Positions 18,594 to 27,568 of a stretch of 35,895 nt of DNA are shown one piece after another. The DNA comes from Deinococcales bacterium (lineage in GTDB: Bacteria > Deinococcota > Deinococci > Deinococcales > JAAFIG01). Made by a program: the position numbers and the translations under genes. Below the pieces are notes generated by a model. The model did no database searches. It had not been told where the DNA came from and was given only the letters and a program-made list of their open reading frames with translations. Position 1 is the stretch's first letter. Each line of letters starts with the position of its first letter. The stretch spans positions 1 through 35,895 of the forward strand of contig JAYWGM010000025.1 of NCBI GenBank assembly GCA_043778225.1, given 5' to 3'.

Positions 18594-19084
18594 AACTCGA
18601 AGGGCTAAAATTACCAATTCAACAAAATCGGACATCTCCCCTACTTGATGGCTTGATTCGTATTGACCAGCCACCGATTGTTGAACAAAAAAAGTATAAA
18701 ATTATTGAGTTACCCATGACTTGTTTAGAGCGCCGACAAGTCAGACGGCGATTACGCACCCCAGACGGACTCGAGTTAGGTTTGGCATTGCCAACAGGCA
18801 CAATTTTAATTCCAAATCTGGTCTTGCACACCACCAGCGATACAGCGTATGTGGTTCGGGCAGCCCCAGAAGAAATTGTGATTATCCGACCAAAAGACAC
18901 CAAAGAAGCCATTTTTCTAGCCCATCAAATCGGTAATCTGCACCGCGATTATGAATTGCAAAAGTACGGTTTACTGATGCACGTCCTGTACGACCCAGCC
19001 CTCGAGTTGTTGCTGTTGCGCTTAGGCGTAACCTTTGCTCGAGACCGCCAGCCGTTTCTTGGTAAACCCAGTTGGGAACACTGA
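18590..19084 (+). CDS. ureE: Urease accessory protein UreE
   Basis: RRRLRTPDGLELGLALP, AHQIGNLH and YDPALE; GTGA overlap with the hypB stop. Confidence 0.85.
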   Translation: MKLEGLKLPIQQNRTSPLLDGLIRIDQPPIVEQKKYKIIELPMTCLERRQVRRRLRTPDGLELGLALPTGTILIPNLVLHTTSDTAYVVRAAPEEIVIIRPKDTKEAIFLAHQIGNLHRDYELQKYGLLMHVLYDPALELLLLRLGVTFARDRQPFLGKPSWEH

Positions 19085-19707
19085 TGCTGCGCTTACTGCA
19101 ACTAGCCGACAGTGCCATGCCAAGCGGCGCGTATGCTTTTTCGGACGGGCTTGAAACCGATACGCAAAATGCTCGAGTCCATGATGCAAGTAGCCTTTCG
19201 GCTTGGCTCGAGACACAACTGCGCTTTGGTTGGGGACAGTCTGATGCCACAGCTTGTGCTTTGGCTTGGCATCCCGAACAGCGCCACAAAATCAATGCCG
19301 AGCTCAGCGCCATCAAAAATATCGAAACCCTGCGCCGAGCCAGTCTGCAAATCGGTACGACCTTAGAACGCAATGCACTTCAGATTTGGAATCTAGCCCT
19401 CGAGTTACCCCAACCTGTGCATCATGCCGTGATTTTTGGAGCATTAGGACACGCTTTTGGTTGCACCCAAAAGGAAACCGTCACCGCCTTTATCAGCAGT
19501 TACTTAATCGGAAAAGCCACCTCTGCCACGCGCTTACTGCGGATTGGGGGAATCAGCACTCAAAAAATGATTGCCAAGCTCGAGCCTGTGGTGCTTGAAG
19601 TGATTGAACAGGCTTGTCTGGCTCGAGAAATTCAGTCGTACACACCACTAATTGATTTTTCCGCCCACGCCCAAGCCAAATTGCACTTGCGCTTATTTCA
19701 AAGTTAA
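19084..19707 (+). CDS. ureF: Urease accessory protein UreF
   Basis: LLQLADSAMPSGAYAFSDGLE and C-terminal RLFQS. Confidence 0.92.
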   Translation: MLRLLQLADSAMPSGAYAFSDGLETDTQNARVHDASSLSAWLETQLRFGWGQSDATACALAWHPEQRHKINAELSAIKNIETLRRASLQIGTTLERNALQIWNLALELPQPVHHAVIFGALGHAFGCTQKETVTAFISSYLIGKATSATRLLRIGGISTQKMIAKLEPVVLEVIEQACLAREIQSYTPLIDFSAHAQAKLHLRLFQS

Positions 19708-19716
19708 GAGGTTTTT

Positions 19717-20385
19717 ATGAGTCTAAAAATTGGCGTTGGAGGTCCGGTCGGCAGTGGCAAAACCGCGCTGCTCGAGGTCTTGTGTCAGCGCCTGAGAAGC
19801 GAATATCAACTTGGGGTGATTACCAATGATATTTACACCTTCGAGGATCAACAAATCCTGACTCGAGCCGAAGCACTGCCCGCAGAACGGATTCTAGGGG
19901 TTCAAACAGGAGGTTGTCCGCACACTGCCATCCGTGAAGATGCCAGTTTGAACCTCGAGGCAATTTTGCAACTCGAGCGAGCATTCCCAGACTTAGAAAT
20001 TATTTTTATCGAATCTGGCGGCGATAACCTGTCCAGCAGTTTCAGTCCAGAATTGGTGGATGCGTGGCTGTTTGTGATTGATGTGGCTGGCGGTGAAAAA
20101 GTCCCGCGTAAAGGTGGACCGGGGATTCAGAGTGCCGACCTTTTTGTGATTAACAAAATTGACCTCGCGCCAATGGTTGGTGCAGATTTAAGAGTCATGG
20201 ATGCGGACACTCGAGCCGTGCGTGGCAATAAACCTTTTGTGATGACCAACTTAAAAGATGGAACTGGGGTGGCGGATATTGTCTCTTGGATTAAACGCGA
20301 ATTGCTGCTCGAGAATGTTGAAGCGATTCAATCTGGACTGGCTGCCGCTAGTGCTACTGAGTTAGCTGCCGATAGGTTGGACTAA
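19717..20385 (+). CDS. ureG: Urease accessory GTPase UreG
   Basis: [33 protein letters not shown] and NKID. Confidence 0.96.
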   Translation: MSLKIGVGGPVGSGKTALLEVLCQRLRSEYQLGVITNDIYTFEDQQILTRAEALPAERILGVQTGGCPHTAIREDASLNLEAILQLERAFPDLEIIFIESGGDNLSSSFSPELVDAWLFVIDVAGGEKVPRKGGPGIQSADLFVINKIDLAPMVGADLRVMDADTRAVRGNKPFVMTNLKDGTGVADIVSWIKRELLLENVEAIQSGLAAASATELAADRLD

Positions 20386-21164
20386 TGCGAACCCAGCACG
20401 GCAAACTCGAGCTTGTTTTTGGCTGGTCAGACGGCAAAACTGTGCTGCGGCACTCGTACCATCAAACACCTTTGCAAATCATCCGACCTTTTGAACTCGA
20501 GCCAAATACGCTAACCCTGACGATTATCAATCCCACGGCTGGAATCATGGGCGGCGATCAATTTGAAATTTCGGTTGTTCTCGAGCCTCAGGCAAAAGTG
20601 ATTCTCTTAACCCAAAGCGCCAGTAAAATCCATAAAATGCACCTTGGCGAATCTGCCACGCAAAACCTACATTTTGAAATTGCCAATCAGGCTCGGCTCG
20701 AGTATTACCCGCAACGCATTATTCCTTTTGCCGAATCCGAATTTAGCCAAAGCAGTCAGATAAACCTCGAGCCTCATGCCGAATTTGCCATGCTCGAGAC
20801 TTGGGCAAGTGGCAGAATTGCTAAAAATGAACGCTTGGCATTTCGGCGCTACGCCAACCAAACCAGGGTTTTTATTGCGGGTCGGCTCGAGTATTTAGAA
20901 CGGTACAATTTAGAACCAAGTCGTGCCGACTACGCCGCGCTGGGTTTACTCGAGCAGCAGACCCACAGTTTAAGTGGGGTTTTTATTGGACAAACCAAAA
21001 CAGCTTTTGAATTACCAGTGCAACACGGAAAAACCCAATCTGGTCATACTTGGGTACGGGCTTTGAGCCAAGATAATGTTGTGCTTGACCGAGCCATACA
21101 AACCACAAGGGACACGCTCAGGCAAGCCTTTTTTAACTTACCCGCAATGCAAATACGAACTTAA
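20385..21164 (+). CDS. ureD: Urease accessory protein UreD
   Basis: PLQIIRPF, NPTAGIMGGD, TQSASKIH and LEYYPQRIIPF; last gene of the operon. Confidence 0.9.
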   Translation: MRTQHGKLELVFGWSDGKTVLRHSYHQTPLQIIRPFELEPNTLTLTIINPTAGIMGGDQFEISVVLEPQAKVILLTQSASKIHKMHLGESATQNLHFEIANQARLEYYPQRIIPFAESEFSQSSQINLEPHAEFAMLETWASGRIAKNERLAFRRYANQTRVFIAGRLEYLERYNLEPSRADYAALGLLEQQTHSLSGVFIGQTKTAFELPVQHGKTQSGHTWVRALSQDNVVLDRAIQTTRDTLRQAFFNLPAMQIRT

Positions 21165-21196
21165 ATCTCACCTCGAGTGACGGGCTTACCTTGTAC

Positions 21197-21233
21197 TTGA
21201 CAAATATCGCTTAACTGTATATACTCAGTATAT
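21197..21233 (+). promoter_or_regulatory. Sigma70 promoter with an overlapping YtrA-type operator
   Basis: TTGACA(21197-21202)-17 nt-TATACT(21220-21225); perfect dyad ATATACT-C-AGTATAT at 21219-21233. Confidence 0.8.
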
Positions 21234-21237
21234 TGAT

Positions 21238-21609
21238 ATGCACAGTGACCTGATTGTCTCCCAAACCGATGGTCGCCCAATGTATCTGCAAATCATGCAG
21301 CAAATCAAGGCGCGTATTGCTGTTGGTGACTGGAAAAACGGACAAGAAATCCCGTCTATTCGTCAATTGGCTGCCGATTTACGGGTCAGCGTAATTACCG
21401 TCAAACGCGCTTACCTCGAGTTGGAACGCGAAGGGATTATTTACACCCAGCACGGCAAAGGCTCGAGCGTCGCACAAACCAACCTACAACCTCAGCTTTA
21501 TGCCCAAGAACTTTTAAGCCATTTACAACAAGCGGCTCGTTTAGGCGCACTGCTCGGACTCGAGACCGAGCAATTGCTGGCACAACTCAAAAGCTGTATC
21601 GAATCATAA
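21238..21609 (+). CDS. GntR-family regulator, YtrA subfamily
   Basis: PMYLQIMQQIK and PSIRQLAADLRVSVITVKRAYLELE; short C-terminus; heads ABC genes. Confidence 0.92.
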   Translation: MHSDLIVSQTDGRPMYLQIMQQIKARIAVGDWKNGQEIPSIRQLAADLRVSVITVKRAYLELEREGIIYTQHGKGSSVAQTNLQPQLYAQELLSHLQQAARLGALLGLETEQLLAQLKSCIES

Positions 21610-21619
21610 GGAGTCTCTC

Positions 21620-22516
21620 ATGCACGAATTCGCGGTTCAATTTGAACACGTTACAAAAACCTATCGGCATTTTCATCTTCAAGACATTTCCTTTACCCTA
21701 CCAACAGGCAGCATCATGGGGTTTATTGGCACAAACGGCGCGGGGAAATCCACGACCATTCGTATTCTTATGGGCTTGGTTCATCAAGAAAAAGGCAATG
21801 TGCGGGTTCTCGAGCAGCCGATGCCAGCCAGACAAGTGGCTGCCAAAGCCGACATTGGATTTGTCTCTGAGGATTTACGCTTGTACAAAAGCACCAGCCT
21901 CGAGTGGCACATGAATTTTATTGCTTCGATTTACCCAAGTTGGGATAAGAACTATGCCAAACATTTACTTAAACAATTTGACTTAAAAGCCACCCAACAA
22001 ATCAAAGGGTTATCTCATGGGCAAAGGGTTAAATCAGCACTGCTCTTGGTGCTGGCTCGCCGCCCAAAATTACTGGTCTTGGACGAACCAACCACTGGCT
22101 TAGACCCAATTGCCCGCAGCGAAGTGCTGGGTGAACTGATGCAAGTCCTGACCGACGAAGAACGCACCGTGTTTTTCTCGAGCCAAAATACTTTGGATGT
22201 CGAACAAATCTCTGACCAAATCACCTTTATTAACCAAGGGCAAATCATAGACTCGAGCGACAAAGAAAGTTACTTAGAGCGTTGGCGCAGAATCCGCTTA
22301 GAAATTCCTGATGGCACAACCTTAACGCCACGTCCCGAGATAATCTCAAGCCAAGGCAGTGGGCGTTTAATTACGTTAATCACCAATCGATTTAGTCCCG
22401 CTTTAAGTGCCGCATATCAATCCACAGGTGCAAGTATTCGAGCAATAGACACCATGACGCTCGAGGAAATTTTTATCGCCAATGTGCAACACCAACGCAA
22501 AATGGAGGCAACATGA
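21620..22516 (+). CDS. ABC-2 type ATP-binding protein (YtrB-like)
   Basis: GTNGAGKST, LSHGQ and LLVLDEPT; the H-loop reads SSQN. Confidence 0.92.
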   Translation: MHEFAVQFEHVTKTYRHFHLQDISFTLPTGSIMGFIGTNGAGKSTTIRILMGLVHQEKGNVRVLEQPMPARQVAAKADIGFVSEDLRLYKSTSLEWHMNFIASIYPSWDKNYAKHLLKQFDLKATQQIKGLSHGQRVKSALLLVLARRPKLLVLDEPTTGLDPIARSEVLGELMQVLTDEERTVFFSSQNTLDVEQISDQITFINQGQIIDSSDKESYLERWRRIRLEIPDGTTLTPRPEIISSQGSGRLITLITNRFSPALSAAYQSTGASIRAIDTMTLEEIFIANVQHQRKMEAT

Positions 22517-23187
22517 ACACAGCCATTCTCAAAGCGCTGATTAAAAAAGACTGGTATTTGCACCGCTACCTGATTCTTGGTTACTTAATGGCTGGTTTCG
22601 CGGCATTGATGATGGTCAGCATACCAAGTGAATTTTGGTTCTCGGTGGGCAGTATTTGCCTTATTACCGTCTTAATTGCCTTGGGGTTTCATCTTCCCGT
22701 AAGCATGGTCATCGAAGAACGCGCTCAACACACCCTGCCATTTATCATGAGTTTACCCCTATCAGTACGAGAATACACCACCGCTAAAATCTTTGCCAAT
22801 TTACTGATTTACTTAGTACCTTGGCTGATACTGGTAACAGCCAGTTACATCCTGATTCTAACTCGAGATAACCTACCTGACGGACTAATCCCTTTTGTCA
22901 CCATTATTTTAGTTGAACTGATGGTCAGTTCGTGCCTGATTTTAAGTGTTGCTTTAATCACCGAATCTCAGGCTTGGACTGTTGGTGCAGTGATTCTTGG
23001 CAATATCATTTTACAAGGCTTTATGGGATTTATTTCCAACCTTCCAAGCATCAAAACCTACATTACAGGCTCGAGTATTGTCTGGAATACCACCAGTATT
23101 CTCATTGTGCTTGCTGAACTAACCGTGATGTTTGTATTGCTTGCAATTACATTTTTCGTACAATTCAAGAAAACTGACTTCATTTAA
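22513..23187 (+). CDS. ABC-2 transporter permease
   Basis: Six hydrophobic helices, IKKDW and SLPLSVREY; ATGA overlap with the ATPase. Confidence 0.85.
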   Translation: MNTAILKALIKKDWYLHRYLILGYLMAGFAALMMVSIPSEFWFSVGSICLITVLIALGFHLPVSMVIEERAQHTLPFIMSLPLSVREYTTAKIFANLLIYLVPWLILVTASYILILTRDNLPDGLIPFVTIILVELMVSSCLILSVALITESQAWTVGAVILGNIILQGFMGFISNLPSIKTYITGSSIVWNTTSILIVLAELTVMFVLLAITFFVQFKKTDFI

Positions 23188-23204
23188 GATTTGCCAGGAG
23201 TGTT

Positions 23205-24143
23205 ATGCTCGAGATTAGACCTTTTACCCAAGAAGATTACCAAACCATTGCTCGGCTTGAAATGAGTATTTTTAGCGATGAAGTGCTGACTGCCGAAAGT
23301 ATCCAAGAAGAAGACCAGCACAACCCTTTGCACATTAAACAAGAACGTTTTTTGGCTTGGTACAGCGGTCTGGCTGTCGGGTTTGCCCACCTCACCCAAG
23401 ATGCTTGGCAGTACCATCCGCAACGTTTTATTTTCTGGGTTGTGGTGCATCCAGATTTTCAACGCCAAAGCATCGGCACACAACTTTGGCAAAAATTATT
23501 AGAAGCGGTCGCGGCATACAACCCCATCAGTATTTCTGCCAGCACCCGCGAAGATTGTTTTGGCTTAGAATTCTTAAAAAAACGCGGTCTGCTCGAGAAA
23601 ATGCGAACTTGGGAAAATCGGATTGAGGTGCAAGACTTTGACCCAAGCCCATATGGCAACTTAAAACATCAACTCGAGACTCAAGCAATACAAATTTTAA
23701 GTGCTGCCCAACTCCAAAACCTGCACCCAGACTTTGCACTGCGTTATTACCAATTGAATACCGACACAGAACATGATGTACCACGGGCTTACACAGCCAC
23801 AGTTCCAACTTTTAAGGAATGGAAAAGTGTTAATTTGCAAAGCCCTAAAGTGCTGCTCGAAGGTACATTTATGGCACTTCATGGTCTAGAGTATGTCGGA
23901 ATGTCCCAGCTTTTTAAGTCCGACAGCGATTACTTAACGATTGGTTTAACAGGCGTTCGCCGAGAATACCGAGCTAAACACATTGCACTAGCCTTAAAAG
24001 TGGCTTGTCTCGAGTGGGCAAAAAACAATGGTTACGCCGAAATCCGCACTTGGAATGACAGCCATAACCAAGCTATTTTGGCTCTGAATAAAAAACTTGG
24101 TTTTACCCAATGCCCGGCTTGGATTGAGTGCATCAAAGAATAA
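23205..24143 (+). CDS. Tandem GNAT acetyltransferase
   Basis: Two acetyl-CoA motifs, VHPDFQRQSIG and TGVRREYRAKHIALALK; NQAILALNKKLGF. Confidence 0.88.
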   Translation: MLEIRPFTQEDYQTIARLEMSIFSDEVLTAESIQEEDQHNPLHIKQERFLAWYSGLAVGFAHLTQDAWQYHPQRFIFWVVVHPDFQRQSIGTQLWQKLLEAVAAYNPISISASTREDCFGLEFLKKRGLLEKMRTWENRIEVQDFDPSPYGNLKHQLETQAIQILSAAQLQNLHPDFALRYYQLNTDTEHDVPRAYTATVPTFKEWKSVNLQSPKVLLEGTFMALHGLEYVGMSQLFKSDSDYLTIGLTGVRREYRAKHIALALKVACLEWAKNNGYAEIRTWNDSHNQAILALNKKLGFTQCPAWIECIKE

Positions 24144-24214
24144 GTTCTACAAATAAATCATGCTCGAGCATCAGTTGGTTGCTTTGGTGTTTTATTGCAC
24201 CTAAAAGGAAAACA

Positions 24215-25375
24215 ATGAATAACATAAACCCTACCGAACGCCTACATGGTTTAGATGCTGTTCGAGCCATTGCTTTACTGCTTGGTGTGGTGCTTCATGC
24301 CACGATGTCTTTTTTGCCAGGGATGCAAATTTGGATTACAGTAGACTCGAGCCGCAGCCCAGCCTTGAGTGTGCTTTTTTATGGGCTGCATATGTTCAGA
24401 ATGATTACCTTTTTCTGGATTGCTGGTTTTTTTGCTTCGCTCAGTTTTGAACGACTCGGGCTTAGAAAATTTATTTTAGATCGTCTCAAACGAATTGTTT
24501 TGCCTTTGACACTGGCTTGGCTTCCAGTCATTGCCAGCATTACAGCCATTGCGACTTGGAGTGCCACCATTGCCAATGGTGGCATTCGCCCGCCCACCAT
24601 GGCAACGCCAGCGCTTTCGCCAAGTAATTTTCCATTGGCGCACCTTTGGTTTTTGTACTTGCTGATTCTTTTTTATATCGTGTTTTTAGGCATACAGCAA
24701 ATCAATAAAAATAATTGGCTGTCTCGAGTCAGTACACCTTTGGTCAAGTTTTTATTGAGTTGGTTTGGCACGGTATTTGTTGCCTTACCAATGGTGCTGG
24801 TTTTGTATTTCAATCCCACTTGGTATTGGTGGTTTGGTGTGCCAACTCCAGACACTGGTTTGCAGCCAAACATCACGGCGGTTATTATTTACGGCTATGC
24901 TTTTGCGCTGGGCTGTATGGTGCAACAACAAGCGAGCTTACTTAAAAACCTCGAGCAGCGCTGGGTATTCCATTTGGTTGTCGCACTTTTTAGCACCGTC
25001 TCGAGCCTTTGGATGGTTGGGATTTCACCTGTATTTACCATCGCACCACTTGGCACACCTAAACTTCTGTACGCTTTTTTGTACAGTCTGGCAGCTTGGA
25101 ATTGGGTCTTTGCTTTACTTGGATTTGCACTGCGATACTTGGCAAATTTTAACCCGCTCAGGCGCTATATTGCCGATGCTTCTTACTGGATTTACCTTGT
25201 GCATTTACCACTGGTCATGGCATTACAAACCCTTGTTTCCGGACTCGAGTTTTCTTGGATTATAAAATTCCCAAGTATTGTGTTGATTGCGTTTGTGGTG
25301 CTGTTCTCGAGTTACCACCTGCTGGTGCGAAACACTTGGTTTGGCGTTATTTTAAATGGCAAACGAATAAAATAA
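24215..25375 (+). CDS. Acyltransferase-3 family membrane protein (OpgC/MdoC-like)
   Basis: RLHGLDAVRA, HMFRMITFFWIAGFF, HLWFLYLL and ASYWIYLVHLP; AAGGA RBS before ATG 24215. Confidence 0.88.
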   Translation: MNNINPTERLHGLDAVRAIALLLGVVLHATMSFLPGMQIWITVDSSRSPALSVLFYGLHMFRMITFFWIAGFFASLSFERLGLRKFILDRLKRIVLPLTLAWLPVIASITAIATWSATIANGGIRPPTMATPALSPSNFPLAHLWFLYLLILFYIVFLGIQQINKNNWLSRVSTPLVKFLLSWFGTVFVALPMVLVLYFNPTWYWWFGVPTPDTGLQPNITAVIIYGYAFALGCMVQQQASLLKNLEQRWVFHLVVALFSTVSSLWMVGISPVFTIAPLGTPKLLYAFLYSLAAWNWVFALLGFALRYLANFNPLRRYIADASYWIYLVHLPLVMALQTLVSGLEFSWIIKFPSIVLIAFVVLFSSYHLLVRNTWFGVILNGKRIK

Positions 25376-25430
25376 AGGTCTGCGCCATTGTGCAGATGCG
25401 TTGATGCTCGAGCAAGAGTTATCTTTTAGC

Positions 25431-25991
25431 ATGATTCAACTTAAATTTCTCAAAAACCAAACAGTCCTGACCACACCAGACTTGCGACTTGAGCAGTTAA
25501 GCCAACTGCACTTTGAAGGTCTGTTTGCCAGCTTGAACCACCTCGAGACACGCAAATTAACGGGTACACACGCCACCTTTAAGCCCGAGGAAGTTCATCA
25601 ATTTTTAGCTCGCTTGCCATCTCGAGATGACCGTGCAGATTGGGCGGTTATTCGGCAATCTGACAATGTTTTTCTTGGCGAAATTGTGCTGAATGACTTA
25701 GATTTAGATAATCAAAGCATGAATTTTCGGATTGGACTTGTACCAGAATACCTCGGGCAAGGGTACGGCACACAAGCCACTCGAGCCGTGGTTACTTATG
25801 GTTTTGATCAAGTAAAGTTGCACCGCATTAGCCTTGGGGTATACGCCTTTAACCCAAGGGCGCAACGGGTCTATGAAAAATGTGGTTTTATTCGCGAAGG
25901 TATCGAGCGCCAGGCGCTTTTCTGGGATGGGCAATGGGTAGACCAAATCATCATGTCGGTGCTAAGTACCGACCCTCGAGTTGAACAATAA
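25431..25991 (+). CDS. RimJ/RimL-type GNAT acetyltransferase
   Basis: GQGYGTQAT, LHRISLGVYAFNPRAQRVYEKCGF; start uncertain. Confidence 0.88.
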   Translation: MIQLKFLKNQTVLTTPDLRLEQLSQLHFEGLFASLNHLETRKLTGTHATFKPEEVHQFLARLPSRDDRADWAVIRQSDNVFLGEIVLNDLDLDNQSMNFRIGLVPEYLGQGYGTQATRAVVTYGFDQVKLHRISLGVYAFNPRAQRVYEKCGFIREGIERQALFWDGQWVDQIIMSVLSTDPRVEQ

Positions 25992-25992
25992 T

Positions 25993-26376
25993 TTAGGTGG
26001 CAATTTCCCAAATATGACCGCTTGGGTCGGCAAAACTAATGGTGCGAACCCCCCAAGGTCGGTTGATTGGACCGTTTAAGAACGTCACACCTCGAGCTAC
26101 TAAATCCAGATAAGTCGCATCCACATCTTCAACATTGATGGTCAACATCATCCTCGAGCCAGACTCGAGGTTTGCCACTTTTGCAGGTGCAATCAGTTCA
26201 TGCGCCTCCGAAATTTTGAGGACATTAATGACCATATTTTGAAACTTAAAAACGACTGAGTTTTCATCTTCAAAAACCACAGCTAATTCAAAGACTTTTT
26301 GGTAAAACTGCTTAGAGGCGGCTAAGTCCTCAACAAATAGCGTGATGGTGTTGACGTTCCAGTTGCTCATGGTCAT
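25993..26376 (-). CDS. VOC/glyoxalase-bleomycin resistance family protein
   Basis: ITLFVEDLAASKQFY, VEDVDA and PWGVRTISFADPSGHIWEI. Confidence 0.9.
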   Translation of the reverse strand: MTMSNWNVNTITLFVEDLAASKQFYQKVFELAVVFEDENSVVFKFQNMVINVLKISEAHELIAPAKVANLESGSRMMLTINVEDVDATYLDLVARGVTFLNGPINRPWGVRTISFADPSGHIWEIAT

Positions 26377-26382
26377 TCTCCT

Positions 26383-27024
26383 TTACAGTCTCGAGGCTAA
26401 GGTTGAGTGCAAACGCAGCAATTCTAACGTATTGGATGATAAATTCTCTAAGCTCGAGCGGTGGCTTTCAAAGGCACTTTGGCTCTCAAAACGGACAAAG
26501 CAAACAAACACTGTTTCGGGTCTAACGGGTAATTTTGGAAAAGTGTTCTGGCTGTTTTCGGTGCAGTAGGTGGCAAGAATTTCTGCCTTGGCAGTTTGTA
26601 AAGTCGGCTCGAGTTGAAAAGAATAAAAAGTGGCGACTGACTCAAGATTTTTATAAATCAGCACGACAAGAATTCCATCTTTATGTTTTCGTTGTTCTAA
26701 ACTCGAGAATCCTTGTATCGGTTTTAGCAGCAGTACATTGTCCGAATCAATCATTGTGGTGTTAGCCGCCTCACGGTGAGCTTGCCAAATTGCACCAAAA
26801 TAGAATTGCTCGAGGGCTTCTTTGCGTTTTTCCATGCTTGGGAAGGCACGAATCCAAACAAAGCAATCTGGACGGTCAAGGTCGTAAAACTGTCCAATTA
26901 AGTACATCCCAGCGTCTTCTTGCCCAGTGATAAGTTTGCCTTCAAAAAGTTCGATTAACGCATCGCGTTGACCAGTGTGTAAGGTGTACTGTCGTAGTTC
27001 AATCAGGCTAGTCTCGAGGTTCAT
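26383..27024 (-). CDS. NIPSNAP-family protein
   Basis: IELRQYTLHTGQRD, FVWIRAFPSM and IDSDNVLLL; AAGGAGA RBS before ATG 27024. Confidence 0.82.
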   Translation of the reverse strand: MNLETSLIELRQYTLHTGQRDALIELFEGKLITGQEDAGMYLIGQFYDLDRPDCFVWIRAFPSMEKRKEALEQFYFGAIWQAHREAANTTMIDSDNVLLLKPIQGFSSLEQRKHKDGILVVLIYKNLESVATFYSFQLEPTLQTAKAEILATYCTENSQNTFPKLPVRPETVFVCFVRFESQSAFESHRSSLENLSSNTLELLRLHSTLASRL

Positions 27025-27494
27025 GGTGTCTCCTTTCGCGCAAACTGCATAATCCAATTTTTTTCCCAAGTTTCCCCATTATCACTCGAGAATTCTTGTT
27101 CCCAAAGTGCGCTGTTGCTGCTGATTCCAGACCATCTAAAGCGTACTCGAATTGGGATTCCATCCAATATGTCCAGACCTTCAAAAACCCCAATGCCATC
27201 TTGAAAACCACCAAAAACTGGTGGCTCGAGGTTGCCTGTGACGTTGCTCATCCAGTAAATACTCCATTGTTGGGTGTCTAAATTAAACAAGCGCAGGGTC
27301 ATGCCAATAAAGTTTGGTCGCCAATCTGGGGCGATAAAGTCGTCAAGATTGCCAAGACCGCCAAGGATTGGGTTGGCTGTGCCTGTAGCGGTAAATGTTT
27401 CCCAGTCGGTGCAACCTTGCAAGCGTTTTTTAAGGAATGTATTTGTAATGCTCCAAGCGCCAAAAAGAAAATCAAAATCGTGTTTTGCATCCAT
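27021..27494 (-). CDS. DUF1579-like beta-rich protein
   Basis: HDFDFLFGAW, WSIYW and WEQEFSSDNGETWEKNW; GGAGG RBS before ATG 27494. Confidence 0.75.
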   Translation of the reverse strand: MDAKHDFDFLFGAWSITNTFLKKRLQGCTDWETFTATGTANPILGGLGNLDDFIAPDWRPNFIGMTLRLFNLDTQQWSIYWMSNVTGNLEPPVFGGFQDGIGVFEGLDILDGIPIRVRFRWSGISSNSALWEQEFSSDNGETWEKNWIMQFARKETP

Positions 27495-27524
27495 ATTTGT
27501 AGCCTCCAAAAAAAGTCTAAAACC

Positions 27525-27551
27525 AATTCCCGACAAATTACGGCGGGAATT
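27525..27551. promoter_or_regulatory. Putative WYL-regulator operator palindrome
   Basis: AATTCCCG-N11-CGGGAATT between divergent starts, just upstream of a minus-strand -10 TAGACT (27514-27519). Confidence 0.65.
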
Positions 27552-27568
27552 CATGGCAAACTAAACTT

